A DNA stretch of 32,000 nt from Candidatus Altimarinota bacterium (GTDB lineage Bacteria; Patescibacteriota; Gracilibacteria; UBA1369). This document shows positions 17,312-27,656 of the stretch, piece after piece. The position numbers and the translations under genes were made by a program. The stretch covers positions 30,001 to 62,000 of the forward strand of contig JBAZYK010000004.1 in NCBI GenBank assembly GCA_041659405.1. Direction: 5' to 3'. The notes beneath the pieces were generated by a model. The model was not told where the DNA came from. It saw nothing but the letters and a program-made list of their open reading frames with translations, and searched no databases. Each line of letters opens with the position of its first letter. The stretch's first letter is position 1.

Positions 17312-18565
17312 TTGTTTAAGGTACTTCACCGCCTCATCCATTTGTGGATCTTTATGGGCCGCTGCGTCCGCCTCTGTAAACGGCACAATCCGATCAGGAG
17401 TAATCCCAACTTCGCTGATACTTCGTCCATTTGGGGTATACCATTTGGCAATGGTTATGCGCAAACTTGAGCCATCGGGCATTTTATCCACTTCCTGAAC
17501 ACTGCCTTTTCCAAAAGTCTGTTCGCCCATAATAAGGCCACGTTTATGATCCTGAATCGCGCCGGCCACAATTTCCGAAGAAGAAGCCGAACCTTTATTT
17601 ACCAAAACCACCAATGGCACGCTCCCAAGTGACGCATCGCCGGTTACATACAGCGTTTCATCCTCTTTATGATCACGTTTTTTAATAACCACCGCTTCTT
17701 TTTTTCCTTTCAAAAAATCCGACAAAATGCCAACCGCAGAATCCAAATATCCACCACCGTTAAAGCGCAAATCCAAAACGATTCCTTTTGGATCTTTCAA
17801 AAGAATTTTCTGAACGGCGCTATCAAATTCCTGTTTGGTGTTATCGCTAAATTGATTGATTGCAACGTAATAAACGCCATCACCTTTATCCTCCATTGAA
17901 ACACTTTCAATGTTTATTTCATCACGGGTAATCGCCAAATCAAAAGGTTTATCTTTACTTTTTCGAATAAGCGTCAGTGTAACTTTTGAGCCTTTTGGAC
18001 CACGAATTTTGCTGATCGCGTCAAAAAGAGACATTTCATTTGTGAGGTTTCCATCAATCTTATAAACAATATCCCCGGGAAGTATTCCCGCTTTTTCCGC
18101 AGGTGAATTTTTGATTGGAGAAACAACCACCAAAGCCTGATCTTTCACCGTAAGCTCGGCGCCAATTCCCTGAAGAGTTCCATTTAAACTTGAGTCAAAA
18201 TCTTTGGTTTCATCCGGAGTCATAAAAACCGTGTAAGGATCATCCAATGCCGATACCATGCCTTTTATAGCCCCATAAACCATGCTTTGATGGTTTATTT
18301 TTGTTTCATCCACATATTGATCTCCAAGCTGTCCCCAGATTTTCCAAAAAAGGCTTAAGTCTGCGGCCGATTGCCCACCAAAATTCACCAATGAATTGGT
18401 GCCGGCTGTATCTACTCCCTGAATTTTTAGCCCATTTCTATTCAAAATATAATAGCTTGAACTTTCCCAGCCCAAAACAAAGACGATTAATAACGCCAAA
18501 GCATAAGTAAAAGTTTTTGGAGATTTTTTAGGACGATTGTTCTGTGGAATATTTGGTAAATCCAT
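17306..18565 (-). CDS. S41 family carboxyl-terminal processing peptidase
   Basis: PDZ (GIGAELTVKDQALVVVSPIKNSPAEKAGILPGDIVYKIDG) and S41 core (GIVLDLRFNGGGYLDSAVGILSDF, VNKGSASSSEIVAGAIQD). Start placed at MDLPNIP; the track ORF extends to 18682. Confidence 0.93.
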   Translation of the reverse strand: MDLPNIPQNNRPKKSPKTFTYALALLIVFVLGWESSSYYILNRNGLKIQGVDTAGTNSLVNFGGQSAADLSLFWKIWGQLGDQYVDETKINHQSMVYGAIKGMVSALDDPYTVFMTPDETKDFDSSLNGTLQGIGAELTVKDQALVVVSPIKNSPAEKAGILPGDIVYKIDGNLTNEMSLFDAISKIRGPKGSKVTLTLIRKSKDKPFDLAITRDEINIESVSMEDKGDGVYYVAINQFSDNTKQEFDSAVQKILLKDPKGIVLDLRFNGGGYLDSAVGILSDFLKGKKEAVVIKKRDHKEDETLYVTGDASLGSVPLVVLVNKGSASSSEIVAGAIQDHKRGLIMGEQTFGKGSVQEVDKMPDGSSLRITIAKWYTPNGRSISEVGITPDRIVPFTEADAAAHKDPQMDEAVKYLKQL

Positions 18566-18687
18566 TTGATTGGTTTGATTATTTAAAAGGTGCCTGCCAA
18601 TCATAAACCAGAAATCGATAAACCTCAAGCACACGCGAGCAATAGCGAGTGTGCCTACAAACAAAATGTTTTGCGTCAGCAAAACTC

Positions 18688-19485
18688 CTAAAAAACCTCA
18701 AGCTGCCTTTGAATCTGCTCAACGCTGATTGCCTTTTTAGTTTGATCATCAATCTCTATTACGATTGCATTGAAAATCGTGTCGCCGTCCGCCACTTCAT
18801 GTTTAACGGGAACCTGTGTCAGGAAATTTTTGATGATGGATTCTTTTTCAAGGCCGATAATTGAATCGATTGGTCCCGTAAAACCAACATCGGATTGAAA
18901 GGCAGTTCCCTTTGGCAAAATGCGTGCATCAAAAGTTGGAATATGAGTATGAGTGCCAATTACAGCCGAAACTCGGCCATCAAGATAATGAGCAAGTGCC
19001 GCTTTTTCCGCAGTTGCTTCAGCATGAAAATCCACAAAAATCGCCGAAAGTTGTTCATGTTCAAATTGCTTTAAAATTCTATCCGCAGTGCGAAAAGGAC
19101 AATCCAAATGTATTGGCATAAAAACGCGCCCCATTAAATTAATCACCAAAACGCGCTGCATTAAGCCACCTTCTATAATTTGGAAACCGCGCCCGGGAGC
19201 TCCTTCCGGATAATTTGCCGGACGAATCAGTGGTAAATTTTTGTCATTCAATCGGGCAATAATCGCTCTTTCTTTCCAGACATGATTACCCGAAGTGAAA
19301 AAATCCACGCCAACTTTTTGCAGTTCATTCAATTGGCCTTCGTCAACGCCTTTACCATGATGCATATTTTCGGCATTCGCGATCACCAAATGAACGCCGT
19401 ACTTGGCCTTATATTCAGGCAGAAGTTTTTTTACAGTATTTCGCCCGGGCCTTCCAAAAATGTCACCAATAAAAAGAATTTTCAT
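18688..19485 (-). CDS. YmdB-family metallophosphoesterase
   Basis: MKILFIGDIFGRPGR..., ANAENMHHGKG, SGNHVW, DFHAEATAEK, GTHTHIPTFDARILPKGTAFQSDVGFTG. Confidence 0.92.
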   Translation of the reverse strand: MKILFIGDIFGRPGRNTVKKLLPEYKAKYGVHLVIANAENMHHGKGVDEGQLNELQKVGVDFFTSGNHVWKERAIIARLNDKNLPLIRPANYPEGAPGRGFQIIEGGLMQRVLVINLMGRVFMPIHLDCPFRTADRILKQFEHEQLSAIFVDFHAEATAEKAALAHYLDGRVSAVIGTHTHIPTFDARILPKGTAFQSDVGFTGPIDSIIGLEKESIIKNFLTQVPVKHEVADGDTIFNAIVIEIDDQTKKAISVEQIQRQLEVF

Positions 19486-19712
19486 AACAAACTCATTAAA
19501 ACATCTGGCTGTGAATAAGTCACTATGGATTTATGTAAAAAGTTGATTACGGAGACGTACCGTACAATATTGGCCACCAAAATGCAAGATTTAAAGCTTA
19601 AATAAGGGGTAAATTTTAGATTTATTTCAGATTCAGTTTAGAATTCGTTAATAAGTTAATGCTAAATTGGCGCTGTTCCAAAACAAAAGAAAGACTATTT
19701 GCAAAAATACTC

Positions 19713-19741
19713 TTGACGGTGAGTGTACACTCACCTATGAT
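19713..19741 (+). promoter_or_regulatory. recA promoter: TTGACG - 17 nt - TATGAT
   Basis: Near-consensus -35 at 19713-19718 and -10 at 19736-19741, 17-nt spacer, 33 nt before the recA ATG. Confidence 0.8.
19718..19735. promoter_or_regulatory. 18-bp perfect palindrome GGTGAGTGTACACTCACC, candidate SOS-type operator
   Basis: Exact inverted repeat filling the core promoter spacer upstream of recA. Confidence 0.7.
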
Positions 19742-19773
19742 TGGGACAGCTTTTATTTCTTTAATTTTTAACG

Positions 19774-20913
19774 ATGACAAATCAAAGCGAAAAACAAAAG
19801 GCGGTGGAATTGGCACTTGCCCAAATTGAACGCGCATTTGGCAAAGGTGCGATCATGAAAATGGGTGAAGCAAATAAAATTGCCGTAGAAACTATTCCAA
19901 CCGGATCCGTTTCTTTAGATATTGCCCTTGGTGGCGGCGTTCCACGTGGACGCGTAGTCGAAATTTTTGGGCCTGAAAGTTCAGGTAAAACGACCTTAAC
20001 CTTACATATTATTGCGGAAGCTCAAAAACGTGGAGGACAAGCCGCTTTTATTGATGCCGAACATGCGCTCGATCCTGAATATGCCCGCAAAATCGGGGTG
20101 GATGTTGATAATCTGCTTATTTCTCAACCGGATAGCGGTGAACAAGCTTTGGAAATTACCGAAACTTTGGTTCGTTCCAATGCCATAGACGTTATTGTGG
20201 TGGATTCCGTAGCTGCACTTACACCAAAAGCGGAAATCGAAGGTGACATGGGTGATGCCCACATGGGTTTGCAGGCTCGTTTGATGAGTCAGGCGCTACG
20301 TAAATTAACGAGTGCCATCAGTAAATCAAAAACAACCGTGATCTTTATTAATCAGATCCGCATGAAGATCGGTATTATGTTCGGTAATCCGGAAACCACA
20401 CCGGGTGGAAACGCTTTGAAGTTTTATTCTTCAGTACGTATGGATATCCGCAATATTGGAAAACTGGAAGAAGGCGCTGGTGATGACAAAGAAATAGTTG
20501 GAAATCGCGTAAGAGTGAAGGTCGTTAAAAACAAAGTCGCTCCACCTTTTAGAACTGCCGAATTCGATATTATGTACAATAAAGGCATTTCGCATGTTGG
20601 AGACCTGATTGATTTGGCTACACGTTACGAAGTAGCCAGAAAGAGCGGAGCTTTTTATACCTACAAAGATCTTAAACTCGGCCAGGGGCGTGAAAACGTT
20701 AAAAATTTCCTGGAGAGTAATCAAAAAGTCATGAAAGAACTTGAAAAAGAAGTTCGCGAACTGATCAGCAAATTAAAGGATGATAAAGCCGCTGCAGCCA
20801 CAGCAGCTTCGACTCCCCAATCCGAAAAAGAACCGGTTAGTGCGGCTACTCAAGCCACAAAAACTTCTGCAGGAAAAAATGTCGGAGTAAAATCTCTTCC
20901 AAAAGAAGTATAA
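19774..20913 (+). CDS. recA: recombinase RecA
   Basis: [88 protein letters not shown]. Confidence 0.99.
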   Translation: MTNQSEKQKAVELALAQIERAFGKGAIMKMGEANKIAVETIPTGSVSLDIALGGGVPRGRVVEIFGPESSGKTTLTLHIIAEAQKRGGQAAFIDAEHALDPEYARKIGVDVDNLLISQPDSGEQALEITETLVRSNAIDVIVVDSVAALTPKAEIEGDMGDAHMGLQARLMSQALRKLTSAISKSKTTVIFINQIRMKIGIMFGNPETTPGGNALKFYSSVRMDIRNIGKLEEGAGDDKEIVGNRVRVKVVKNKVAPPFRTAEFDIMYNKGISHVGDLIDLATRYEVARKSGAFYTYKDLKLGQGRENVKNFLESNQKVMKELEKEVRELISKLKDDKAAAATAASTPQSEKEPVSAATQATKTSAGKNVGVKSLPKEV

Positions 20914-20985
20914 ATCGAAATTACAATTGGCTCCTTTTGCGCACAAAAAAGCTTTAGGAGCCAATTTTATTTTAATCGCAAAGCC

Positions 20986-21534
20986 ATGGAAGCACAAAAA
21001 TACCTTCTTCAAAGAGCGCTATATTTTTTAGCACGTCGCCCACATAGCACCACCGAAATCAGACAAAAACTAAGTAGGATTAAAGTTTGGGCTGCAAAAA
21101 CAACTGGCGGTAACGCGAAAATCCCCGACAATACGGAAAAAGCTGGCAGCACTGCAAAAATTCCAGCCAATCCGGAAGACATCACAAAAATCATTCAAAG
21201 ATTAACCGAATTGGGCTACCTTAATGACGAGGATTTTGCCCGAATTTACATTGGCAGCAGCCTGCGCAGAAAGCCGCAGGGACTTAGGCTGTTAGAAATG
21301 AACCTGCGACAAAAGGGCATAGACGAAAGTACATTTGCCACTGCCCTTAAATTAGCTTCCGTCGAAAATCAATTCGATGAAAGCGATCTTGCCCAGGACG
21401 CAGCGGACAAAAAGCTTAGAACCTTAAGTAAACTTCCCCCTAATAAGCAAAAGGAAAAGCTTTATCGGTTTTTGGCTTCCAGAGGCTTTTCTATGGACTC
21501 AATCATGAAAGTCCTGAACAAGTTTTCATCATAA
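20986..21534 (+). CDS. recX: regulatory protein RecX
   Basis: ALYFLARRPHSTTEIRQKL...RLTELGYLNDEDFARIYIGSSLRRKPQGLRLLEMNLRQKGI...LYRFLASRGFSMDSIMKVL. Adjacent to recA. Confidence 0.92.
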   Translation: MEAQKYLLQRALYFLARRPHSTTEIRQKLSRIKVWAAKTTGGNAKIPDNTEKAGSTAKIPANPEDITKIIQRLTELGYLNDEDFARIYIGSSLRRKPQGLRLLEMNLRQKGIDESTFATALKLASVENQFDESDLAQDAADKKLRTLSKLPPNKQKEKLYRFLASRGFSMDSIMKVLNKFSS

Positions 21535-21578
21535 AGTTCTTTACAAACCAGCCGATTGATAGTAAGATAAGTCCGTAA

Positions 21579-21607
21579 CCTAGGATCTTATCAAGATCTG
21601 GTTTTTT
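21579..21607 (+). terminator. candidate terminator after recX
   Basis: GATCTT-atc-AAGATC stem with flanking CC/GG, followed by TTTTTT. Confidence 0.55.
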
Positions 21608-21634
21608 CCAAACAATAATTCCTAATTAACCCCC

Positions 21635-22876
21635 ATGCAATCTCAATTCCTCGCTGCTATCAACCAACTCTGTGATGAAAAAGGCATTCCGCGCGATAAA
21701 ATTATTGATACAATTAAAGCCGCGCTTCGTGCCGCATATCGCAAAGATTATGGCAATCGTGAGCAAAATATTGACATTGAGCTCAACGAAAAAACTGAGC
21801 ATGCCATTGTTTACCTGATCAAAAAAGTGGTCAAAAAAGTTGAAGACAAAGAGATCGAAATGACTTTGGCAGAAGCCAGAAAATACAAGAAAGATGCCAA
21901 AGTTGATGATGAAATTAAGATTGATGTAACTCCTTTGGAATACGGCCGCATCGCAGCCCAATCAGCAAAACAGGTTATTATTCAGCGCATCCAGGAAGCT
22001 GAACGTGATGTTATGTACGATACCTTCAAAGATCGTGAAAATGAGCTTATCAACGCACTTGTTCACCGCGTTGAAAACCAGACTGTTTATGTAAATCTTG
22101 ATAACAGAATCACGACAATTTTGATGCCTGATCAGCAAATTCCACGTGAAAGATACTACAGTGGTCAGCGCTTAAAGCTTTATCTTGATAAAGTTATTAA
22201 GACAACTAAAGGCCCACAACTTCTTATTTCCCGCACTCATCCAAATCTTGTTCGCAAGTTGATGGAGCTGGAAATTCCGGAAATTAAGAGCGGACTTGTT
22301 GAAATTAAGGCAATTGCCCGCGAGCCAGGGGTTCGCAGCAAGGTTGCAGTTTCTTCTTCTGATCCAAAAATTGACCCGATTGGTTCTTGCGTAGGCCAAA
22401 AAGGTGTTCGTGTTAACAACGTTATGGATGAACTTAACGGTGAACGCATCGACATTATCCAATGGAGCGACGATCCGATTAATTACATTAAAACGGCTTT
22501 GGCTCCTGCTAAAGTGGCTCACATTGAACTAACTAAAGAAGCAAGACGCGCTAAAGTTTATGTAAATCCGGATCAGCGTCCTTTGGCCATCGGTAAAGGT
22601 GGGCAAAATGTACGTTTGGCTTCCAAACTTACCGGTCTTGAATTGGATATTTTGGATATCGGCGATATGGCAGGCCCTCTTGTTGAAAAGCCAAAAGTTG
22701 AAAACGTTGAACAGCTTGAAGGTATTTCAGCTGAACTTGCCGGCAAACTTCAAACAGCCAATTTGAGCCAGGTTGAACAGATCAAAGGCCTTTCAGTCAA
22801 AGACCTCATCTCAATCGAAGGCATCACAGAAGACGAAGCCAAGCAGCTTGTAGAGGCAATCAAGAAGGTTGCGTAG
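21635..22876 (+). CDS. nusA: transcription termination/antitermination protein NusA
   Basis: N-terminal domain, S1, and KH domains (EIKSGLVEIKAIAREPGVRSKVAVSSSDPKIDPIGSCVGQKGVRVNNVMDELNGERIDIIQWSDDP), plus C-terminal helix-hairpin-helix repeats. Confidence 0.98.
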   Translation: MQSQFLAAINQLCDEKGIPRDKIIDTIKAALRAAYRKDYGNREQNIDIELNEKTEHAIVYLIKKVVKKVEDKEIEMTLAEARKYKKDAKVDDEIKIDVTPLEYGRIAAQSAKQVIIQRIQEAERDVMYDTFKDRENELINALVHRVENQTVYVNLDNRITTILMPDQQIPRERYYSGQRLKLYLDKVIKTTKGPQLLISRTHPNLVRKLMELEIPEIKSGLVEIKAIAREPGVRSKVAVSSSDPKIDPIGSCVGQKGVRVNNVMDELNGERIDIIQWSDDPINYIKTALAPAKVAHIELTKEARRAKVYVNPDQRPLAIGKGGQNVRLASKLTGLELDILDIGDMAGPLVEKPKVENVEQLEGISAELAGKLQTANLSQVEQIKGLSVKDLISIEGITEDEAKQLVEAIKKVA

Positions 22877-22945
22877 GCCATATACTGCTGCCATAAATAA
22901 GGTGGCATAGCTATCCAAAAAGACAGCACAATTCATTAAATTTTA

Positions 22946-22977
22946 AAGAGTCCCATCAAGGTGGGGCTCTTTTTTTA
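22946..22977 (+). terminator. rho-independent terminator after nusA
   Basis: AAAGAGTCCCA-tcaag-GTGGGGCTCTTTTTTT. Confidence 0.9.
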
Positions 22978-23077
22978 TGCCATTCAGGTCTTTTTCCAGC
23001 ATTTTGTCCCTAAGCCATGGCATTTTCCGCCCATTTATGCTAAAATATAAAGATATTTTCGAACCTAATTTCGAAAC

Positions 23078-24838
23078 ATGCCAGACGACCCAAAAATCAC
23101 AACACAAATCACGGCTACCGATCCGAAAATCGCAGCGGCTGATCCGATCACTAAAACCACGGAAGATCAAAGCTCGCTCGGTGACGGCGGAAACGCTCCT
23201 CAAACCGTTGACGAAACGCTTGGCAAGATCAACCGTTCGTTTAAAGAACGTGCCGCTATTCAGCGCGCCAAAGAGCTGAATCTTCCCTACATCAACATCA
23301 GCGCAACCCCGGTCAATCCTGATCTTCTTCGTATTGTCCCTCCGGAAATGGCTGCGGCAGCCTCGTTAATGCCATTTTTTAGAATCGGCAAAAAGTTGCG
23401 AATTGCGGTTACCGATCCGGAAAAAGCGGAAACAAAAACGGCTATCCAAACTCTCCAAAACGCCGGATATGAAGTGAACCTGAATATCGCCACTGCGGAC
23501 GGTATTTTAGAAGCCAATAAGCTTTACGCAACCAATCAGTACAAAGTAAAAACGCAAATTTCCACTCAGCTTTCGGAAGAAAAAATCAAAGTCTACGAAG
23601 AAGAAATCAAGCAGCTGGCCGATCTTAAAACCAGACTCACTTCACTCAGCTCGGAAGAAGCCGTTTATCTGATCAACGTTGGTGCTTTAAAAACCGGCGC
23701 TTCGGATATTCATTACGAGCCGGAAGAAAAGTTTATTCGCATGCGCTTCCGTATTGATGGCGTGCTTCACGAAATTTTCCAGATCGAAAAATCCACATAC
23801 AACAACATCGTTAATCAAATCAAATATCAGTCCAAAATGAAACTGAATATCAATAACGAACCGCAGGATGGCCGTTATAGTTTTATGGTCAATGAGCGCA
23901 AAGTTGATGTTCGTGTTTCGGCTTTGCCAACCGAATATGGTGAAACTTTTGTTTGCAGATTATTGGATAGTGGCCGCCATTTAATCACCTTTGACGAGCT
24001 TGGTTTCTGGGATAAAAATTTGGAAAAAATTGAGCACCTTACCAAGATTTCCCACGGCATGATTTTGATTACAGGTCCTACCGGCTCAGGAAAAACGACC
24101 ACGCTTTACACCATGCTGGATAAATTCAATAAGCCGGAAACTAAAGTTATCACATTGGAAGACCCGATTGAATATCATCTTCCGGGCGTTTCTCAAAGCC
24201 AGATAAACGAAAAGCGCGGTTATGATTTTTCCAACGGTCTTCGCGCAATTTTGCGTCAGGATCCGGACGTTGTAATGCTTGGTGAAATTCGTGATTTGGA
24301 AACGGCCGAAACTGCTGCCCAGGCTGCGCTTACCGGTCACGTTTTATTGAGTACATTGCACACCAACAGCGCCCTTGAAACTGTTCCACGTCTGGTAAAT
24401 ATTGGCTTGGCTCCTTTTATGATTGCGCCTGCCTTAAACACAATTATTGCTCAACGTCTGGTTCGCAAAATTTGTCCAAATTGTCAGGAATTAAAACCGG
24501 TTCCTCAAAGTGAAATCGATGAAATTAATCGCATGATTGAAGGCATGAAACTGGTTCAGCCAACTCTTGAACTTTCAATTCCAAAAGAACTTCCAATCGG
24601 AAAAGGCTGCGATATTTGCAACCAAACCGGTTATAAAAGTCGAATCGCCATTGTGGAAATCCTCGACATTGATTTTGAAATGAAAGATCTTATTTTAAAC
24701 AAGGCCGGCAATGCCAAAATGATCGAAGCCGCCCGTCGCAAAGGCATGCTTACAATGCGTGAAGATGGCATTCTTAAGGTACTTAAAGGCATCACAACCC
24801 TGGAAGAAGTTCATCGCGTTACTGCAATTGCGGAGTAG
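23078..24838 (+). CDS. GspE/PulE/PilB-family type IV pilus assembly ATPase
   Basis: Walker A GPTGSGKTTTLYTML, Asp box TLEDPIEYHLPGVSQSQINEKRGYDFSNGLRAILRQDPDVVMLGEIRDLETAETAAQAALTGHVLLSTLHTN, zinc motif CPNCQELKP...CDICNQTGY. Confidence 0.96.
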   Translation: MPDDPKITTQITATDPKIAAADPITKTTEDQSSLGDGGNAPQTVDETLGKINRSFKERAAIQRAKELNLPYINISATPVNPDLLRIVPPEMAAAASLMPFFRIGKKLRIAVTDPEKAETKTAIQTLQNAGYEVNLNIATADGILEANKLYATNQYKVKTQISTQLSEEKIKVYEEEIKQLADLKTRLTSLSSEEAVYLINVGALKTGASDIHYEPEEKFIRMRFRIDGVLHEIFQIEKSTYNNIVNQIKYQSKMKLNINNEPQDGRYSFMVNERKVDVRVSALPTEYGETFVCRLLDSGRHLITFDELGFWDKNLEKIEHLTKISHGMILITGPTGSGKTTTLYTMLDKFNKPETKVITLEDPIEYHLPGVSQSQINEKRGYDFSNGLRAILRQDPDVVMLGEIRDLETAETAAQAALTGHVLLSTLHTNSALETVPRLVNIGLAPFMIAPALNTIIAQRLVRKICPNCQELKPVPQSEIDEINRMIEGMKLVQPTLELSIPKELPIGKGCDICNQTGYKSRIAIVEILDIDFEMKDLILNKAGNAKMIEAARRKGMLTMREDGILKVLKGITTLEEVHRVTAIAE

Positions 24839-24904
24839 TGGCGCATCGCCAGTCAGCGCGGGCAGGAAGTCATCTCGCCAGATTGCACGCGCACTAGCCA
24901 TTTT

Positions 24905-26065
24905 CTAAACCTCCGGCGTCACCTCCCACAAAAACGCCCGATTTCTTTGAATGATCCCCTTTAATTCCAGCGTACTTAATAGTGCTTGAATTTTGTTGAT
25001 CGGCAGCATGGTATTTCTTAGCAGATCTTCGGCTGTGGACGGCCTTTTTTGCAGAGTTTGCGCAATCTCGAGCTCTTCCAAAGTCAATGTTTGTTGTACG
25101 ACCTTTAAGGTTGATTTAAAGCCGAGTTCGATTAAAAGATTATCAATACTCAAAATCGGAATTGCCCCATCGTAAATAAGCTTTAAACAACCCTGTGCTT
25201 GAGGTTTTGTGATGTCGCCGGGTAGCACATAAACATCCCGATTTTGATCAAGCGCCTTTTGCGCGGTAATAAGTGCCCCGGATTTTATTGGCGCCTCTAT
25301 CACAATTGTGGCCTCACATAAGCCGGAAATAATTCTGTTTCGTTCATGAAATCGATACTTGGAAAAAAATTCCCGATCATAATATTCGCTGATCAACGTG
25401 CCGCCATGTTGTAAAATTCTTTCCGCCAAATTTGCGTGTGAACTTGGTGTAACCGCATCAACCGGCGAAGCCAAAACCGCAATTGTAGGTTTCTTTTCGT
25501 TGATGCAGCCTCGATGAGCACATCCATCAATTCCCAAAGCCAAGCCACTAACAACAATTCCATCCTGTGCCGCAATTTTCTGGGCAATTTGCGTGGCAAT
25601 TCTTTCACCATATAAAGTCGATTGCCGCGTACCCACAATGGCAATGTGCTTTGCGGGCAGCCGCTTTATTGGCAATGCCAAGGCTGCCGAAATCTGTCCA
25701 TCCGGCGATTTTGGGATCGCTGATGTTTGCCCCACTGTCGAGGCCACCAGCGGCGCACCTTTTCTATAAAGCCCAAACGGCGGATCTGGAATTTGCAGTA
25801 AACTTTTCGGAAATTCCAAATCAGCTCTTTCCAAAAAAATAATTCCTCTTTTTTTAAGCCAATCAAATTCTTTCATCACGTCAAAATGCCTGCGCCATTC
25901 CACAATTCTGCGAGCCATAATTTCGGTTAGACCAGCTTTCAAAAACTGCTCCAAAGGCGCTTTCTCCCAGGCATAATTAAAGTTTCTAAAATACGTCCAA
26001 AGCTTCTCTAAAGCCCCATAACTCATCCCCGGAATCGAATTGAATGCATGTAAAAATTTTTTCAT
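24905..26065 (-). CDS. dprA: DNA-processing protein DprA
   Basis: IAIVGTRQSTLYGERIATQIAQKIAAQDGIVVSGLALGIDGCAHRG...GTLISEYYDREFFSKYRFHERNRIISGLCEATIVIEAPIKSGALITAQKALDQNRDVYVLPGDI. Start set to ATG at 26065 (track uses an upstream TTG). Confidence 0.96.
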   Translation of the reverse strand: MKKFLHAFNSIPGMSYGALEKLWTYFRNFNYAWEKAPLEQFLKAGLTEIMARRIVEWRRHFDVMKEFDWLKKRGIIFLERADLEFPKSLLQIPDPPFGLYRKGAPLVASTVGQTSAIPKSPDGQISAALALPIKRLPAKHIAIVGTRQSTLYGERIATQIAQKIAAQDGIVVSGLALGIDGCAHRGCINEKKPTIAVLASPVDAVTPSSHANLAERILQHGGTLISEYYDREFFSKYRFHERNRIISGLCEATIVIEAPIKSGALITAQKALDQNRDVYVLPGDITKPQAQGCLKLIYDGAIPILSIDNLLIELGFKSTLKVVQQTLTLEELEIAQTLQKRPSTAEDLLRNTMLPINKIQALLSTLELKGIIQRNRAFLWEVTPEV

Positions 26066-26169
26066 ACTCAAAAGTGGTGATCGCAGTAGCAGACATAAAA
26101 ATGTCTATTTAGTGCGTTCACCTTACCTCAACTCACATTAAAATTTTCTAAACAACTTATGAAAAAAAT

Positions 26170-26340
26170 CTAAGATTCGATTTTAACCGCATTTCTAGAA
26201 GTTTCCGCAACTTGTTTTCTTAATTCATCTAATCTGGCAATATCATCAGTGTTAGCTTCTAGCCTGGATGAACTTGCCGCACAGGTCACTTCTTTTCTAT
26301 CTGCGTTACCGAGGAATGGGCCTTTAACAGTAGTGTGCAT
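26170..26340 (-). CDS. unlisted small ORF, 56 aa (MHTTVKGPFLGNADRKEVTCAASSSRLEANTDDIARLDELRKQVAETSRNAVKIES)
   Basis: Manual translation of the reverse strand in the dprA-purM gap. Below the size cut-off of the supplied ORF track. Confidence 0.4.
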   Translation of the reverse strand: MHTTVKGPFLGNADRKEVTCAASSSRLEANTDDIARLDELRKQVAETSRNAVKIES

Positions 26341-26534
26341 AAAACAATTATTAAAAATAACAAGCGAATTATAAATGAAATTGCAAAAATGTCAACGTCT
26401 TCGCATCGATCTAGAATCTAAGTCGCAAAAAAGAAATGAAAAGTCCGGTTTTTCCGGCAGTTGAATAATGGCTTGATGTCAGCGATTTTCCCCAATTGTC
26501 GTTCCGGGAAGAGATTTAGCTGATTTGATGGCCT

Positions 26535-27605
26535 CTACTCCTCAAATTCCAGCGTTTTTCCTTTCTTGAAATGCCCCTGACTTACCAGTCTTACACCCGG
26601 CTTTTTGCTGACTTCGCCAATGATTCGCGCTTGGATGCCATGTTTTTTCATTGTCGCAGCGATTTTTTCAAATTCGTTGCTCACAATTGTCATACCAATT
26701 CCCATATTCCAAACCTCATAAGCTTCACGATCTTCCACTTTTCCAAATTCCTGCAAGCGCGTCATCATCTCGTGCGCTGGCCATAAATCGGTTAAATCCG
26801 CGCCATATTTGCCCAAAACTCGCACAACATTTCCGGGAAGTCCGCCGCCTGTAATGTGCGCCAAAGCCTTAATATTGCAAACGCGTTTCTCGCCAAATCG
26901 GCCCAAAAGTTCCAACAAAGCCGCTGAATAAATAATTGACGGCGTTAAAACCGCTTCGCCCCATGTTTTCCCTCCTTCAAACTTTTTCTCCGCCCACTTC
27001 GCTCCAAATTTTTTCTGCAAAACGTGTCTAACCAACGCAAAGCCATTAGACCTAAATCCGGGGCTTCGCAAGCCAATAATCGGGTCTCCCGGTTTCACAT
27101 CTTTTCCCAAAATAAATTTCTCTTTTTCCACAATCCCAATCGCGCTGGAATTCCACATATTTCCTTTTACCATGTCCGGCATTTCGCCAATTTCACCACC
27201 GGGGATCACCACTTTTTGCTCCAAACAAGCCTTCTCCAAGCCTTTAAGTAACGGCCCAACAACTTTGTCGTCAACTTTACTTGTATCAATTGTATTTGTA
27301 ATCGCCAAAGTTTCCGCGCCCACGCAAACCGCATCGTCCGCTACCATAGCCAACAAATCATAACCAAGTGTGTCATATTTCCCCACTGCCGCGCCAACCA
27401 TCATCTTAGAGCCAATACCATCCGAATTAAAAACCATGTAATAATCGCCAAAATCCAACGCGCCCGTAAATCCGCCTTCAATATTCACCGGCATACCAAT
27501 CATTCCTTTGCGTCCGATGAACGTTTTTTTGGCTGCGGCATAAGCAAGTGCGGAACACTTATCACCCATGGAAATATCAACGCCGGCTTGTTTATAAGTT
27601 GTCAT
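26535..27605 (-). CDS. purM: phosphoribosylformylglycinamidine cyclo-ligase (AIR synthase)
   Basis: TYKQAGVDISMGDK, DGIGSKMMVGAAVGKYDTLGYDLLAMVADDAVCVGAE, GLRSPGFRSNGFALVR, AHITGGGLPGNVVRVL. Confidence 0.94.
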   Translation of the reverse strand: MTTYKQAGVDISMGDKCSALAYAAAKKTFIGRKGMIGMPVNIEGGFTGALDFGDYYMVFNSDGIGSKMMVGAAVGKYDTLGYDLLAMVADDAVCVGAETLAITNTIDTSKVDDKVVGPLLKGLEKACLEQKVVIPGGEIGEMPDMVKGNMWNSSAIGIVEKEKFILGKDVKPGDPIIGLRSPGFRSNGFALVRHVLQKKFGAKWAEKKFEGGKTWGEAVLTPSIIYSAALLELLGRFGEKRVCNIKALAHITGGGLPGNVVRVLGKYGADLTDLWPAHEMMTRLQEFGKVEDREAYEVWNMGIGMTIVSNEFEKIAATMKKHGIQARIIGEVSKKPGVRLVSQGHFKKGKTLEFEE

Positions 27606-27656
27606 ATTGTAAGAAATTAAAAGTGCTTATCGTATCGAATGCAGTGGCTTGTGCCG

